This document shows positions 39,069 to 48,100 of a stretch of 64,000 nucleotides of DNA, piece by piece; the stretch's first letter is position 1; each line of letters begins with the position of its first letter. Where the stretch lies: assembly GCA_036012755.1 (NCBI GenBank), contig DASCPX010000190.1, positions 1 through 64,000 on the forward strand. The letters run 5' to 3'. Both the position numbers and the translations under genes were made by a program. Source of the stretch: Myxococcota bacterium. Its GTDB lineage: Bacteria > Myxococcota_A > UBA796 > CAJQPC01. The notes beneath the pieces are model-generated. The model had not been told where the DNA came from, made no database searches, and saw nothing but the letters and a program-made list of their open reading frames with translations.

Positions 39069-40133
39069 ATGCCCGACGTCGATCACCGAGGAGCCGCGCC
39101 AGCTGCAGACAACCGGGTCGGTCCAGACCTGTCGGAGTACGAGAGCGCAGCCTTCGCCGGGGCGCTCCGGTCTGCTCGCAGCTGGTTCGGCGCCCCCAGG
39201 CTGGACTCGACGATGGGCGCCTGGCTGCCCTTCTTGACCCTTGGGCTCGCCGCGACGATCGGGTCGGTGGTGGGCGCGGTGATGCTGGGGGGCTGGTACG
39301 CCCTCGGCCTGGGACTCCTGGCGGCATTCGTTGCCTTCATCACCGGAGCCCAGCTCGTTCTCGCGGCCGCGGTCAGCGCGACCCGACCGCCTCCGCCGTG
39401 CCCCGGGTGTCAGGCGGAGGACTCACCCTTTTCGCCCTATGACCGCACCACCGGCCTGCTCCAGCACAGCCTAGAGCTGTGGGTGGCCCAGGAGCCGCTG
39501 CAGTTCATGGGCCTGCCCTTCGGCGCCCGCATGGCCCTGGTCCGCATGGGGGACGACCTCTTCGTCTACTCGCCGATCGGCCTGTCGGACTCGCTCCGAG
39601 AAGCGGTCGAGGAGCTCGGCACGGTTCGCTGGATCCTGGCCCCGAACATGCTCCATCACCTCTACGTGGCCGAGTGGACAGAGGCCTTCCCGGAGGCCGA
39701 GGTGTGGGCCGCGCCGAAGCTGGCCGAGCGCCGCCCGGACATCGCCTGGACCGGGACCCTGAGCGAACCCGAGCAGGCCACCTGGGACCGCGGAGAGCTC
39801 GACGTCGCGGTTGCCCACGGCCACGCGATGCACGTCGAGGTGGCGCTCTTCCACCAGACCTCCAAGACCCTGTTGTTGTGCGATCTGCTGGAGAACCTCG
39901 GCCACGCGCCGGAGACCTCGCTGGCGTTGCGCACGATGCTCGGCCTGGGCGGAATGGCTGGTCGGCCGACCCCGCCCACGGACTGGAAGTGGACCATCGA
40001 GGACCCCGCGGTCATGCGCGCAGCGATCGACCGAGTCCTGGCCTGGCCCTTCGATCGCATCGTCCTGGCCCACGGGAGGCTCGTGGACCAGGACGCGAAG
40101 GAGGCGCTGCGGAGGGCCTTCGCCTTCCTCTGA
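39069..40133 (+). CDS. DUF4336 family protein with N-terminal membrane extension
   Basis: RM..VR, YSP, APN.LHH, EV.LFH..SKTL...DL, DRI.LAHG. Confidence 0.85.
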   Translation: MPDVDHRGAAPAADNRVGPDLSEYESAAFAGALRSARSWFGAPRLDSTMGAWLPFLTLGLAATIGSVVGAVMLGGWYALGLGLLAAFVAFITGAQLVLAAAVSATRPPPPCPGCQAEDSPFSPYDRTTGLLQHSLELWVAQEPLQFMGLPFGARMALVRMGDDLFVYSPIGLSDSLREAVEELGTVRWILAPNMLHHLYVAEWTEAFPEAEVWAAPKLAERRPDIAWTGTLSEPEQATWDRGELDVAVAHGHAMHVEVALFHQTSKTLLLCDLLENLGHAPETSLALRTMLGLGGMAGRPTPPTDWKWTIEDPAVMRAAIDRVLAWPFDRIVLAHGRLVDQDAKEALRRAFAFL

Positions 40134-40308
40134 GATCAGCGACCGCGCGCCTTCGTGGTCATCGCAGAGGTCCGAGCCGACGAGACCTACACGAGCACCT
40201 TCGTCTGGACCTGCGGCGACGGAAGCTCCTGAACCAGGTGCCGCACATCGGAGGCAGCGACGACCTCGCCGCATGGCTGGATCGACGGGGCTGAGCCTCC
40301 TCGCGGGG

Positions 40309-41568
40309 TCAGTCCGCGGGCCGACGGGACAGCACCGCGATCAGCCACAGCCCGATCCACGCTCCCGTCAGGACCAGCAGGCCGCCGGCGACGCGAGCGA
40401 GCAGGCCGCTCCCGGTCCCGATCGCCGCGGCCCCGACCACGACTGCACCCGCGTGGAGGGCCAGTCCGATCAGCACCCGGCGGTCCGGCAGGAGGTCCTT
40501 CATCGAGGGCACCGGAGCCAGCCCTGCCAGCGCCGAGAAGCGGTGGAACCAGACCAGGAAAGGCACGACCCGCGAGAGCATGCCGTGCACGATGAGACCG
40601 CCCCAGCCGGCGATTGAGAGCCAGCCCAGCAGCAGGGCCCAGCGAGGATCCGCCAGGGCGTGGGCGGGCCAGCACAAGGCCGCGCAGACCAAGGCCACGA
40701 CGAGCCCACCCTGCCAGGCTCTCAGGCTGGCGTCCGAGCGGCGACGGCGACGCCGATGGATCGAGCGCAGAGCCAGGACCGGGTGAAGGACGAAGACGGC
40801 GAGGGCCGCCGGAGCAGCGCCCAGGGCGACGTGGTGCACGGAGCCGCTCCAGAGGCCAACCCACGGAGCCAGGACCCCAGCGATCACCCCAGCGAGCACC
40901 AGGCGCTGGCCGAGCTTCGGGACCGGCTCGGCGAGGTAGAACATCGGCACCACCTGCCAGGACACGGCGGTGAGCAGGCCGCCGACCCAGCCCAGGAGCC
41001 CGAGGGCGACGTGGATGCGCAAGGTGACCGGGCGCTCTCCCACCCAGCCGAGGCCCGCGTGTCCGGCGGCCATCACGAGTCCCAGCCCGGCCACGCCGAG
41101 CAGGGCCAACAGCGCCACGCGCATGCCCTGGACGGTCGGGCCGGTCCCCGGCGCTCGGAGGAGTGCCAGGCCCACCGGCGGGACGAACAGCGCCAGCGCC
41201 GCCCCCAAGAGCCCCATGCCGACCCGGGTCGCCAGCGGCGAGCCCATGAGACCGAAGACCAGGGCCGCGACACCAAGGGCCCAGGAGATCTGGACCACGT
41301 GAGCGAGCCGCGCCCGTGGGACCGGAGCGCCAGCCACCACAGGGATCATCTGGTAGAGGGCCCCGAGCATGGCCGCACCCAGCACTCCGAGGGTGCCGAG
41401 ATGGGCCAGTCCGAGGGTCTGGGTCGACCAGCCGGTAGCGAGAGCGGCCTCTCCCAGGGCGAGGAGCACGATCCCAGCCGCGGCGAAGCCAGCAGGGACG
41501 AGGGCGAAGAACCCCGCCGGCACCGTGATCGGCGGCGCCTGGTCGAGGGACAGACCCCGGGTGTTCAC
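40309..41568 (-). CDS. polytopic membrane protein typically adjacent to DUF2249/hemerythrin genes
   Basis: LSLDQAPP..VP, HL.TLG, GALYQM.PV, QVVPMFY, VPFLVWFH. Confidence 0.75.
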   Translation of the reverse strand: MNTRGLSLDQAPPITVPAGFFALVPAGFAAAGIVLLALGEAALATGWSTQTLGLAHLGTLGVLGAAMLGALYQMIPVVAGAPVPRARLAHVVQISWALGVAALVFGLMGSPLATRVGMGLLGAALALFVPPVGLALLRAPGTGPTVQGMRVALLALLGVAGLGLVMAAGHAGLGWVGERPVTLRIHVALGLLGWVGGLLTAVSWQVVPMFYLAEPVPKLGQRLVLAGVIAGVLAPWVGLWSGSVHHVALGAAPAALAVFVLHPVLALRSIHRRRRRRSDASLRAWQGGLVVALVCAALCWPAHALADPRWALLLGWLSIAGWGGLIVHGMLSRVVPFLVWFHRFSALAGLAPVPSMKDLLPDRRVLIGLALHAGAVVVGAAAIGTGSGLLARVAGGLLVLTGAWIGLWLIAVLSRRPAD

Positions 41569-42626
41569 GCGGGCCTGCGTAGGTGCAACAGGGCGCCGTC
41601 GTCAGCCTCGACGTGCACGGCGAAGGCCAGACCGCGTTCCCGAAGGTGGGGAATGAGCACGACCGGCATGCGAGGCACCCGCGCGAGCAGCGCCTCACCC
41701 GGCGCGAGCCCAGCCGACAGCTCGAGGACCCGCTCCATCGGCTCGGGCGCCTCGAGGTCCCGGAGGTCCAGGATCTCGGGCGCTTCCGGCCCGCGGATCT
41801 CCACCTCCCACCGTCTCCCCTGGCCCTCGCAGCGCAGCTGGTAGCCACGGCCGCCCAGCAGCACCAACAAGGGCCTGGGCTCGAAGGGGGCGGTGAGCCG
41901 CAGGAGCCCGTCCGGATCGAGCGTCCCGAGCGCTCGAAGGATGGCCTCCAGCGGGTCCCTGCCCGCGGCCAGGATGGGCCGAACGTCCAGGGCCACCAGC
42001 GGCCGCTTCGGGTCCGAGCCCCCCCGCCCAGAGTCAGCGCCCTCGGGCTGCCCGGCTCGAACCCCGGCGAGCCAGAGCGCGATCGCCGGGTCCAGGTCCG
42101 GAGGCTCGGAGCGGCCCCCCATCTGCCACTGCAGCAGGCTGCCCTGTACCAGCGCCACGAAGGCCCGGCCCGCCGCTCGGGGATCGACGGTCGGGGGCAC
42201 GTCGCCAGCCGCCTGTGCCTCTCGCACGAGCTCACCGACGAGCGCGAGTTGGCTGGCGACCATGGCTGAGACGCCGGCGTGGTAGCGCTCATCGGGGCGG
42301 TGCATTGCGTAGAGAAGCAGGCGGAGCAGGCCCGGCGTGTCCTCGACCTGCCGGCAGAGGGCCTGGGCGAGGACGAGCACCCGCTCCAGCCCGCAGCCCT
42401 CGAGGAGCTCCGCGGCGGAGGTGGCCAGGGCTGTGCGGAGGTGCTCGACGACCGCCAGGAGGATGGCGTCCCTGCTCCGGAAGTGGCGGAAGAGACCGGG
42501 CTGCGAGATGCCCACCCGCTTCGCGATCAGCCGGGTCGTGAGCTCCTCGACGGGGACGTCCGCCAGGAGCTCCAGGGCTGCGAGGACGATCTGCTCTCGC
42601 CGCTCTGCGTGGGGAAGACGGGCCAG
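41565..42626 (-). CDS. TetR regulator fused to two DUF2249 domains (probable CTG start)
   Basis: RREQI..ALEL..TTR.IA.RVGISQPGLFRHF; LDVRP...DP..PFEP.PL and LDLRDLEAPEPM..P..L.P.L. Confidence 0.85.
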   Translation of the reverse strand: MARLPHAERREQIVLAALELLADVPVEELTTRLIAKRVGISQPGLFRHFRSRDAILLAVVEHLRTALATSAAELLEGCGLERVLVLAQALCRQVEDTPGLLRLLLYAMHRPDERYHAGVSAMVASQLALVGELVREAQAAGDVPPTVDPRAAGRAFVALVQGSLLQWQMGGRSEPPDLDPAIALWLAGVRAGQPEGADSGRGGSDPKRPLVALDVRPILAAGRDPLEAILRALGTLDPDGLLRLTAPFEPRPLLVLLGGRGYQLRCEGQGRRWEVEIRGPEAPEILDLRDLEAPEPMERVLELSAGLAPGEALLARVPRMPVVLIPHLRERGLAFAVHVEADDGALLHLRRPA

Positions 42627-42639
42627 GTCGCGCTCCTCT

Positions 42640-42657
42640 TGTTATCAGTTGATAACA
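42640..42657. promoter_or_regulatory. palindromic operator TGTTATCA-gt-TGATAACA
   Basis: Perfect 8-bp arms, AT-rich, in the 51-bp gap between divergent TetR-DUF2249 and hemerythrin genes. Confidence 0.8.
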
Positions 42658-42677
42658 TCCTTCGACGCGGAGATCCC

Positions 42678-43109
42678 ATGGCTGATCTGTTCGACTACTT
42701 CAAGCGGGACCACGAGCGCTGCGACGCGCTCTGGGTGGCGGTCGAGTCGGCAGAGGACGCAGACGTGGCCAGCACCTTCGAGGCCTTCAGCGGGACGATG
42801 CTCCGGCACCTCGCCATGGAGGAGGAGGTGATGTTCCCGGCCTTCGAGCAGGCCACGGGCATGGTGGGGGGGGGACCGACAGCGGTGATGCGCATGGAGC
42901 ACGAGCAGATGCGCGGCCTGCTCGGGGGCATGAAGGAGGCGGCCGCCCAGGGGGACACCGAAGCGGTGCTGAACCTCGGCGACACGCTGCTGATGCTCAT
43001 CCAGCAGCACAACATGAAGGAGGAGCAGATCCTCTACCCGATGGCTGACCGGGTCCTGAGCGGTCACTGGCCGGCGCTGGCCGCGGAGCTGGAGGGCTTC
43101 GGTCGGTGA
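42678..43109 (+). CDS. hemerythrin (HHE) domain protein
   Basis: DH..CD, HLAMEEEV.FP, GPT.VM..EH, QQHNMKEE.ILYP. Confidence 0.92.
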   Translation: MADLFDYFKRDHERCDALWVAVESAEDADVASTFEAFSGTMLRHLAMEEEVMFPAFEQATGMVGGGPTAVMRMEHEQMRGLLGGMKEAAAQGDTEAVLNLGDTLLMLIQQHNMKEEQILYPMADRVLSGHWPALAAELEGFGR

Positions 43110-43151
43110 CATCTGTGGGCGCGGTCGCTCCTGTCTGCAAAAGGAGCACCG

Positions 43152-43763
43152 ATGTCTACCCTCATGGCCCTCGCCCCCCTCGTCCTGCCCTACCACCGAG
43201 TCACCCCCGTCCCAGATGCGGCGGCGGAGGTGTTGCTGGCGGCGGACCCGGGCCCCCACGACTGCATCGTCAGCGTGCTCGTGGACCCCTACGGCAGCAT
43301 CCTGGATGCGGAGCCCATCGACTGCCCTGTGGAGCTGCGGTCCTCTGCGGCAGAGGCCGCCTGGCGCTGGGGCTTCCACCCGCCGATCGTCGAGGACCGG
43401 GCGACCACCGGGCGCATGGACCTGCACTTCGTCTACGCCTCGCAGGTCGGGGTCGTCGAGACCATCTCCCCCGAGGTCGACGTCTTCGTCGCTCCGGTGG
43501 CCATGCCGGGCTGGCCGAGGGAACCCCAGCTCCGCGGGATGCTGCGCGATGAGCTCCTGGCGACGGATCGCTCGGGGGTGCGCTGCACGCTGGAGCTGGA
43601 GGTCGACTCACGCTCCCGACCAGCCGCCATCGAGGTCATCGACTGCCCAGCCGAGGCGGCCCTCGTCGTCACGCGCTCCCTGAAGCGCTACGGCCTCGAC
43701 GTGGTGGGAGCGGAGCCGGGAGACGGCACGCGCTACGGCATGGAGATCTGGCTCACTCCCTGA
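43152..43763 (+). CDS. hypothetical protein, two TonB C-terminal-like repeats
   Basis: Two C.V...VD..G..DCP units; AAWRWGFHP. Confidence 0.5.
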   Translation: MSTLMALAPLVLPYHRVTPVPDAAAEVLLAADPGPHDCIVSVLVDPYGSILDAEPIDCPVELRSSAAEAAWRWGFHPPIVEDRATTGRMDLHFVYASQVGVVETISPEVDVFVAPVAMPGWPREPQLRGMLRDELLATDRSGVRCTLELEVDSRSRPAAIEVIDCPAEAALVVTRSLKRYGLDVVGAEPGDGTRYGMEIWLTP

Positions 43764-43765
43764 GC

Positions 43766-45061
43766 TCAGTCCGCGGGTACGGCCAGCACGACGTTCAGGT
43801 TGGCGGTGCTGGTCGTGCCCGTCGGGAGCTTGCCGTCCTGGTGGGTGCCACCGCTGGAGACGTGCTCCTCCGACTCGTTGACGACGCCGTCGCCGTCCTC
43901 GTCGGCGTAGGCCCACAGGTACGCGATGCTGTTCCCTGGCACCCGCAGGCTGTAGCTCACCGAGGACTGACCGCTGAGATCCGCCCAGGAGAAGGTCTGC
44001 ACGTCGTAGGAGTTGTCCTCCAGGGTAGAGATCGCCACGTCACCGCTGGGCCGGTACTTCAGGGCCATGACGTAGACCTCGGAGCCGGTGGGGAGGTCGT
44101 CGAAGACACCGTCGTAGACGCTCACCTCGCCACTCCAGCTGACGAAGGGCACGATGTTGATGCCGGACTCGTCGCCCAGCGGGACCTGGATGTCCATGCC
44201 CGTGAGATCCGCATCACCGACGGTGATGGGGTTGCCGTCCACGTCAGGCTCGGAGACGTAGGCCCCCCACCTGTCGAGGGGGTCGGCCATCTCGTTGCCG
44301 TTGCTGTCCCACGCGGCGATGAGCGCCATCGGGCCCCAGTCCACGCAGCTGGACAGCGTGTAAGCCGCCTCTGCGCCCCCGCCGGTGGAGACGGGATCGA
44401 TCCAGACCTCGTGGTAGGGGCCCAGCCCTTCCTGGTCGCGCAGCATCGCCATCGCCTCGCCCCCGGCGTAGCTGGCGGTGATGATCACGTCCCCCGAGAT
44501 GGTCATGACGTCGCCGGGGCAGCCCCCGGGCGTGTAGCACTCCGGTACGAAGATCGTGATGTCGGCGCCCTCGTGCTCGCCGTCCGCTACGACCTCGATG
44601 GTCTGAGGGTATGCCCCCACGTAGTCGTCGGTCCCGATGACCCGGTCTCCCCAGTAGTCCACGACCGCGTAGACCTGCACCGGCCCCGCGTGCTCCATGG
44701 AGAGCGCGAGGGAGAAGTCGTTCTCGCCGGTGGTGGGCTCGCGGATGACCTGCTCGGCCAGGTGGTGCTTGCCATCAGGGCTCTCGTCCTCTTCGTAGGC
44801 GGTGACGAAGATCCAGCCGAAGGGGTACTCGTCCCCGCAGGTCGAGTCCGCCCACTCCACGCTCTCCCTGGTGCCGTCGGCGCCCGTGCGGGTGACCACC
44901 ACCGACACCGTTCCCTCCACGGTGGCTTCGATGGGACCCGACTCGGAGTCGTCGCCGCCCTGCTCGGAGTCGGGCTCGGAGTCCGGGCTCGCCTCGCTGT
45001 CGTCAGCGGGTGGGGTCCAGCCGCAGCCAACGACCAACAAGGACAACAAGAAACCGGGCAT
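43766..45061 (-). CDS. hypothetical lipoprotein with repeated Ig-like/acidic Ca-binding motifs
   Basis: LVVGC lipobox; three repeats ending in D.(N/D)G(N/D)-like motifs. Confidence 0.65.
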   Translation of the reverse strand: MPGFLLSLLVVGCGWTPPADDSEASPDSEPDSEQGGDDSESGPIEATVEGTVSVVVTRTGADGTRESVEWADSTCGDEYPFGWIFVTAYEEDESPDGKHHLAEQVIREPTTGENDFSLALSMEHAGPVQVYAVVDYWGDRVIGTDDYVGAYPQTIEVVADGEHEGADITIFVPECYTPGGCPGDVMTISGDVIITASYAGGEAMAMLRDQEGLGPYHEVWIDPVSTGGGAEAAYTLSSCVDWGPMALIAAWDSNGNEMADPLDRWGAYVSEPDVDGNPITVGDADLTGMDIQVPLGDESGINIVPFVSWSGEVSVYDGVFDDLPTGSEVYVMALKYRPSGDVAISTLEDNSYDVQTFSWADLSGQSSVSYSLRVPGNSIAYLWAYADEDGDGVVNESEEHVSSGGTHQDGKLPTGTTSTANLNVVLAVPAD

Positions 45062-45127
45062 GCTCCCTCCAAGGAAGAGAGCAGTATAGCGCCTGAGAGG
45101 CGCATTCTGCGGGCGTTGTCACCCCCT

Positions 45128-48100
45128 TCAGTCCACAACCACCCTGTCGGTCCCGCTGCGGCCGAAGGTCTCCGGGTGGTACATCTCCTCCGCCTTCGCG
45201 GGAGGCACGACGAACTCGCCCGGCGTGGTGGCGACGGCCACGTAGCTGTAGTCGTAGACCCCGGCGTACAAGAGCGTCGTGAAGGCCTCGGCCCGCTCGT
45301 CCCGAAGGTTCTGGTGCTGGTACCAGGTGCCCCACCACCACCAGTTGCCGCTCTCGGCGCTGGGGTCCTCTGGCAGCGTGCCGGTCACGGCCAGCTCCGG
45401 GTTCTGAGCCTCGAGGCCTGCAGGGAGCGGATCCACCAAGGCCACGTAGGTCCGTCGGCCCTCGCTGACCATGCTCACCCGGACCCTCACACGCGCACCA
45501 GCGGCGATGTGCCAGACACCGTCGTCGTCCAGGGTCACGTCACCCTCGTCGTCGATGGGCTCGTACACCCGGGTCACGACGAAGCCACGGTCAGCGGGCT
45601 CGAGGTCGAGGTCCTTTGGCGCGTAGCGCATGCCGATGCGGTAGTAGAGCCGCCCCTCGCCGTCCTTCTGCAGGACGAGGTCGTCGTCGCGGAGCTCGGA
45701 CATGGGGATGTCGATCCGCGCTCGATCGGGGCTGTAGCCCTCGAACTGGCGTGATCCGGCGTAGTCCTCGCCCAGCCAGGCCCGAGCCACGAAGTCCGGC
45801 TCGGTGGACTCGTAGGTGCGGAAGTAGCGGTTCATCGCCAAGAGCACGAAGGAGTTCTCCTGCGTGGTGGACCAGCGCCCGGCTACGCGGTGCCCGAGCA
45901 GGCTGCGAACCACCTTCGGCACCAGATCGTGCTCGGGTCGCACCTCGATGAGGGACTCCAGCACCACCGCGTCGGTGCGGCGGCTGGAGTGCAGGAGCAC
46001 GTAGTCGTTGGTGTCGCCGTAGGAGGTGACGAAGTGGGCCGCCCCAGCGGTCTCGGAGACCTTGTTCTCCAGGTTGCGGATGATGAGCGCGACGGACTCG
46101 GTCTGGCCCTTGGCCTCTAGCGTCGGGAGGATCCAGGCCTGGGCCTCCAGGCTGAGCTCGGACAGCGGGACCTTCGCCAGCTTCCTGGCGCGGCCTGCGT
46201 CGTCGTCGCCATCGAGGTGCCGGACATAGACGCTGTAGGCGATGATGTTCCGCCTGGCGCGCTCGCTGTAGTAGTGCGGGATGTGGCTCTCGATCTTGCG
46301 GAGGTAGCCCATCGCCGCATCGAGGGTGCTGTCGCTGACCGGGTACCCGGCCTCCTTCGCCCTCACCAGGCTGTGGGTGACGTGCACGGTCAGGTAGGGC
46401 TCGTCTGACATGTCGGACCAGAAGGACCAGCCGCCGTTGCCCTTCTGACGCTTCTCCAGACGCTGGAGGTCCCGGCTCACGGCCGACTCCAGCTCCGCCT
46501 GCGAGGGCAGCTCTTCTGCCTCGAAGGCCTCGAGGACATCGCGCAGGGCTGCCACCGCCATGACCCTCGAGCCGATCTGCTCGCTGCAGTCGTAGGGGTA
46601 GTTGGCCAGGTAGATCACAGCGTCGGTGAGCGCCGACAGAGCGGTGCTCGAGGTCGTGATCTCCAGCCCGCCGAACTGCTCCCAGACGTCATCCGGACGT
46701 GCCACCGGCTGAAGGATGGCCCCCTCGTCGATCTCGCCGTAGGTGGCGAAGGCCTCGCTGGTCGCTGGGGTCCAGACCGGGAGGGTGAAGCGCGCGGCGT
46801 CGCTCATCCCACCGCTCTGTGCGACCACCTGGAAGCGAGCGGTGCCCGCGGCGTCTGCGTCGAGGGGAAGGCGGACCTCGCGACGGTCGTTTGCAGGCAC
46901 CGTGAAGCGGCGTCCGCGGTTGTCGGCCGAGATCACGATGTTCGTGGTCTCCACGGCGAGCTCCACCACCATGTCCTCGTCCGTCTGGTTCTGGACGACC
47001 AGCGGCAGCTCGACGTGGTCGCCGAAGTTGAGGAAGCGCGGGGGCGAGGGCCGCAGCATCAGCGGCTTGCGTGCCACGACAGTGGCCTCTCCGTGGCCGA
47101 AGGAGATGTCGTCGGCAGCCACCGCCATGATGCGGTAGCGGGTGAGGCTGTCGGGCAGCTCCAGGGTGAGGGTGGCCGTTCCGTCGGCTTCGGTCTGCTC
47201 CCGCGGGGCGAACAGCGCGATCGCGCTGAAGTCCTCTCGCACGGTGATGGGCGAGGCCTGGCTGTGGCCCGAGGCCTTGTCCTTGCTTCGCGACTTCTTC
47301 TCGGGCTTGGCCGCCGACATGGGTTCCATCGGTGGCGAGGCGATCTTCGAGCTCGTCCTGATCTCCTCCTCCTCCATGGCGTACCCGATCCCATCGAGCA
47401 TGTCGAAGTCGTCGCTCTCTCCGGCGCTCCCGGTCGGTTGGGCGACCACGGCGTTCGGATCACCCAACACGACCAGTCCGCGGAGGTGGGTCTCGGCCAC
47501 TCCCGCCGCGCGGCTCATGTAGAAGATCTCGAGGGGATCGGGCAGCTGGTAGGCGCTCAGCGCGAGCACTGCCTCGTCCACGGCGATCAGGGCGACCTCG
47601 GCGCCTTCAACGGGCTTGCCTTCGCTGTCGTTGACCTGGACGGTCACGGTGGTCGACCCCCCTGGGCCGAGGTGGGTCTCGGCGGGGACCGGCTCGACGG
47701 ACAGAGCGCGGGAAAGCGGCGGCACCTTCAAGTCCAGCATGCCGCTGGCATAGGCGACCCGGTTCGACCGGTCGGGCATGGGGTTGCCCTCGTCGTCGGT
47801 TCGTTCCCGCGAGCCGACGAGGTCGACCTCGACCACGATGTTCGGCACAGAGGCCTCTGTGATCGGGACCTCCAGCACCTTCGAGGCAGAGTCCATGGAG
47901 AAGGCCCGGGTCTCGACCAGGCCATCCCGCCGCAGGGTCAACAGCCCATGTGCGGGGGCGAAGGGCGAGAGCACGAGGACCTCGGCCACGTCGCCAGGGG
48001 CGTAGATCTCGGCGTTCGGGACCAGGGTCACCTCTTCCATGGCGACGGACCGGTCGGGGGCCTGCTCACCACCGGTGATCCACACGGTGAAGCTGGTTGT

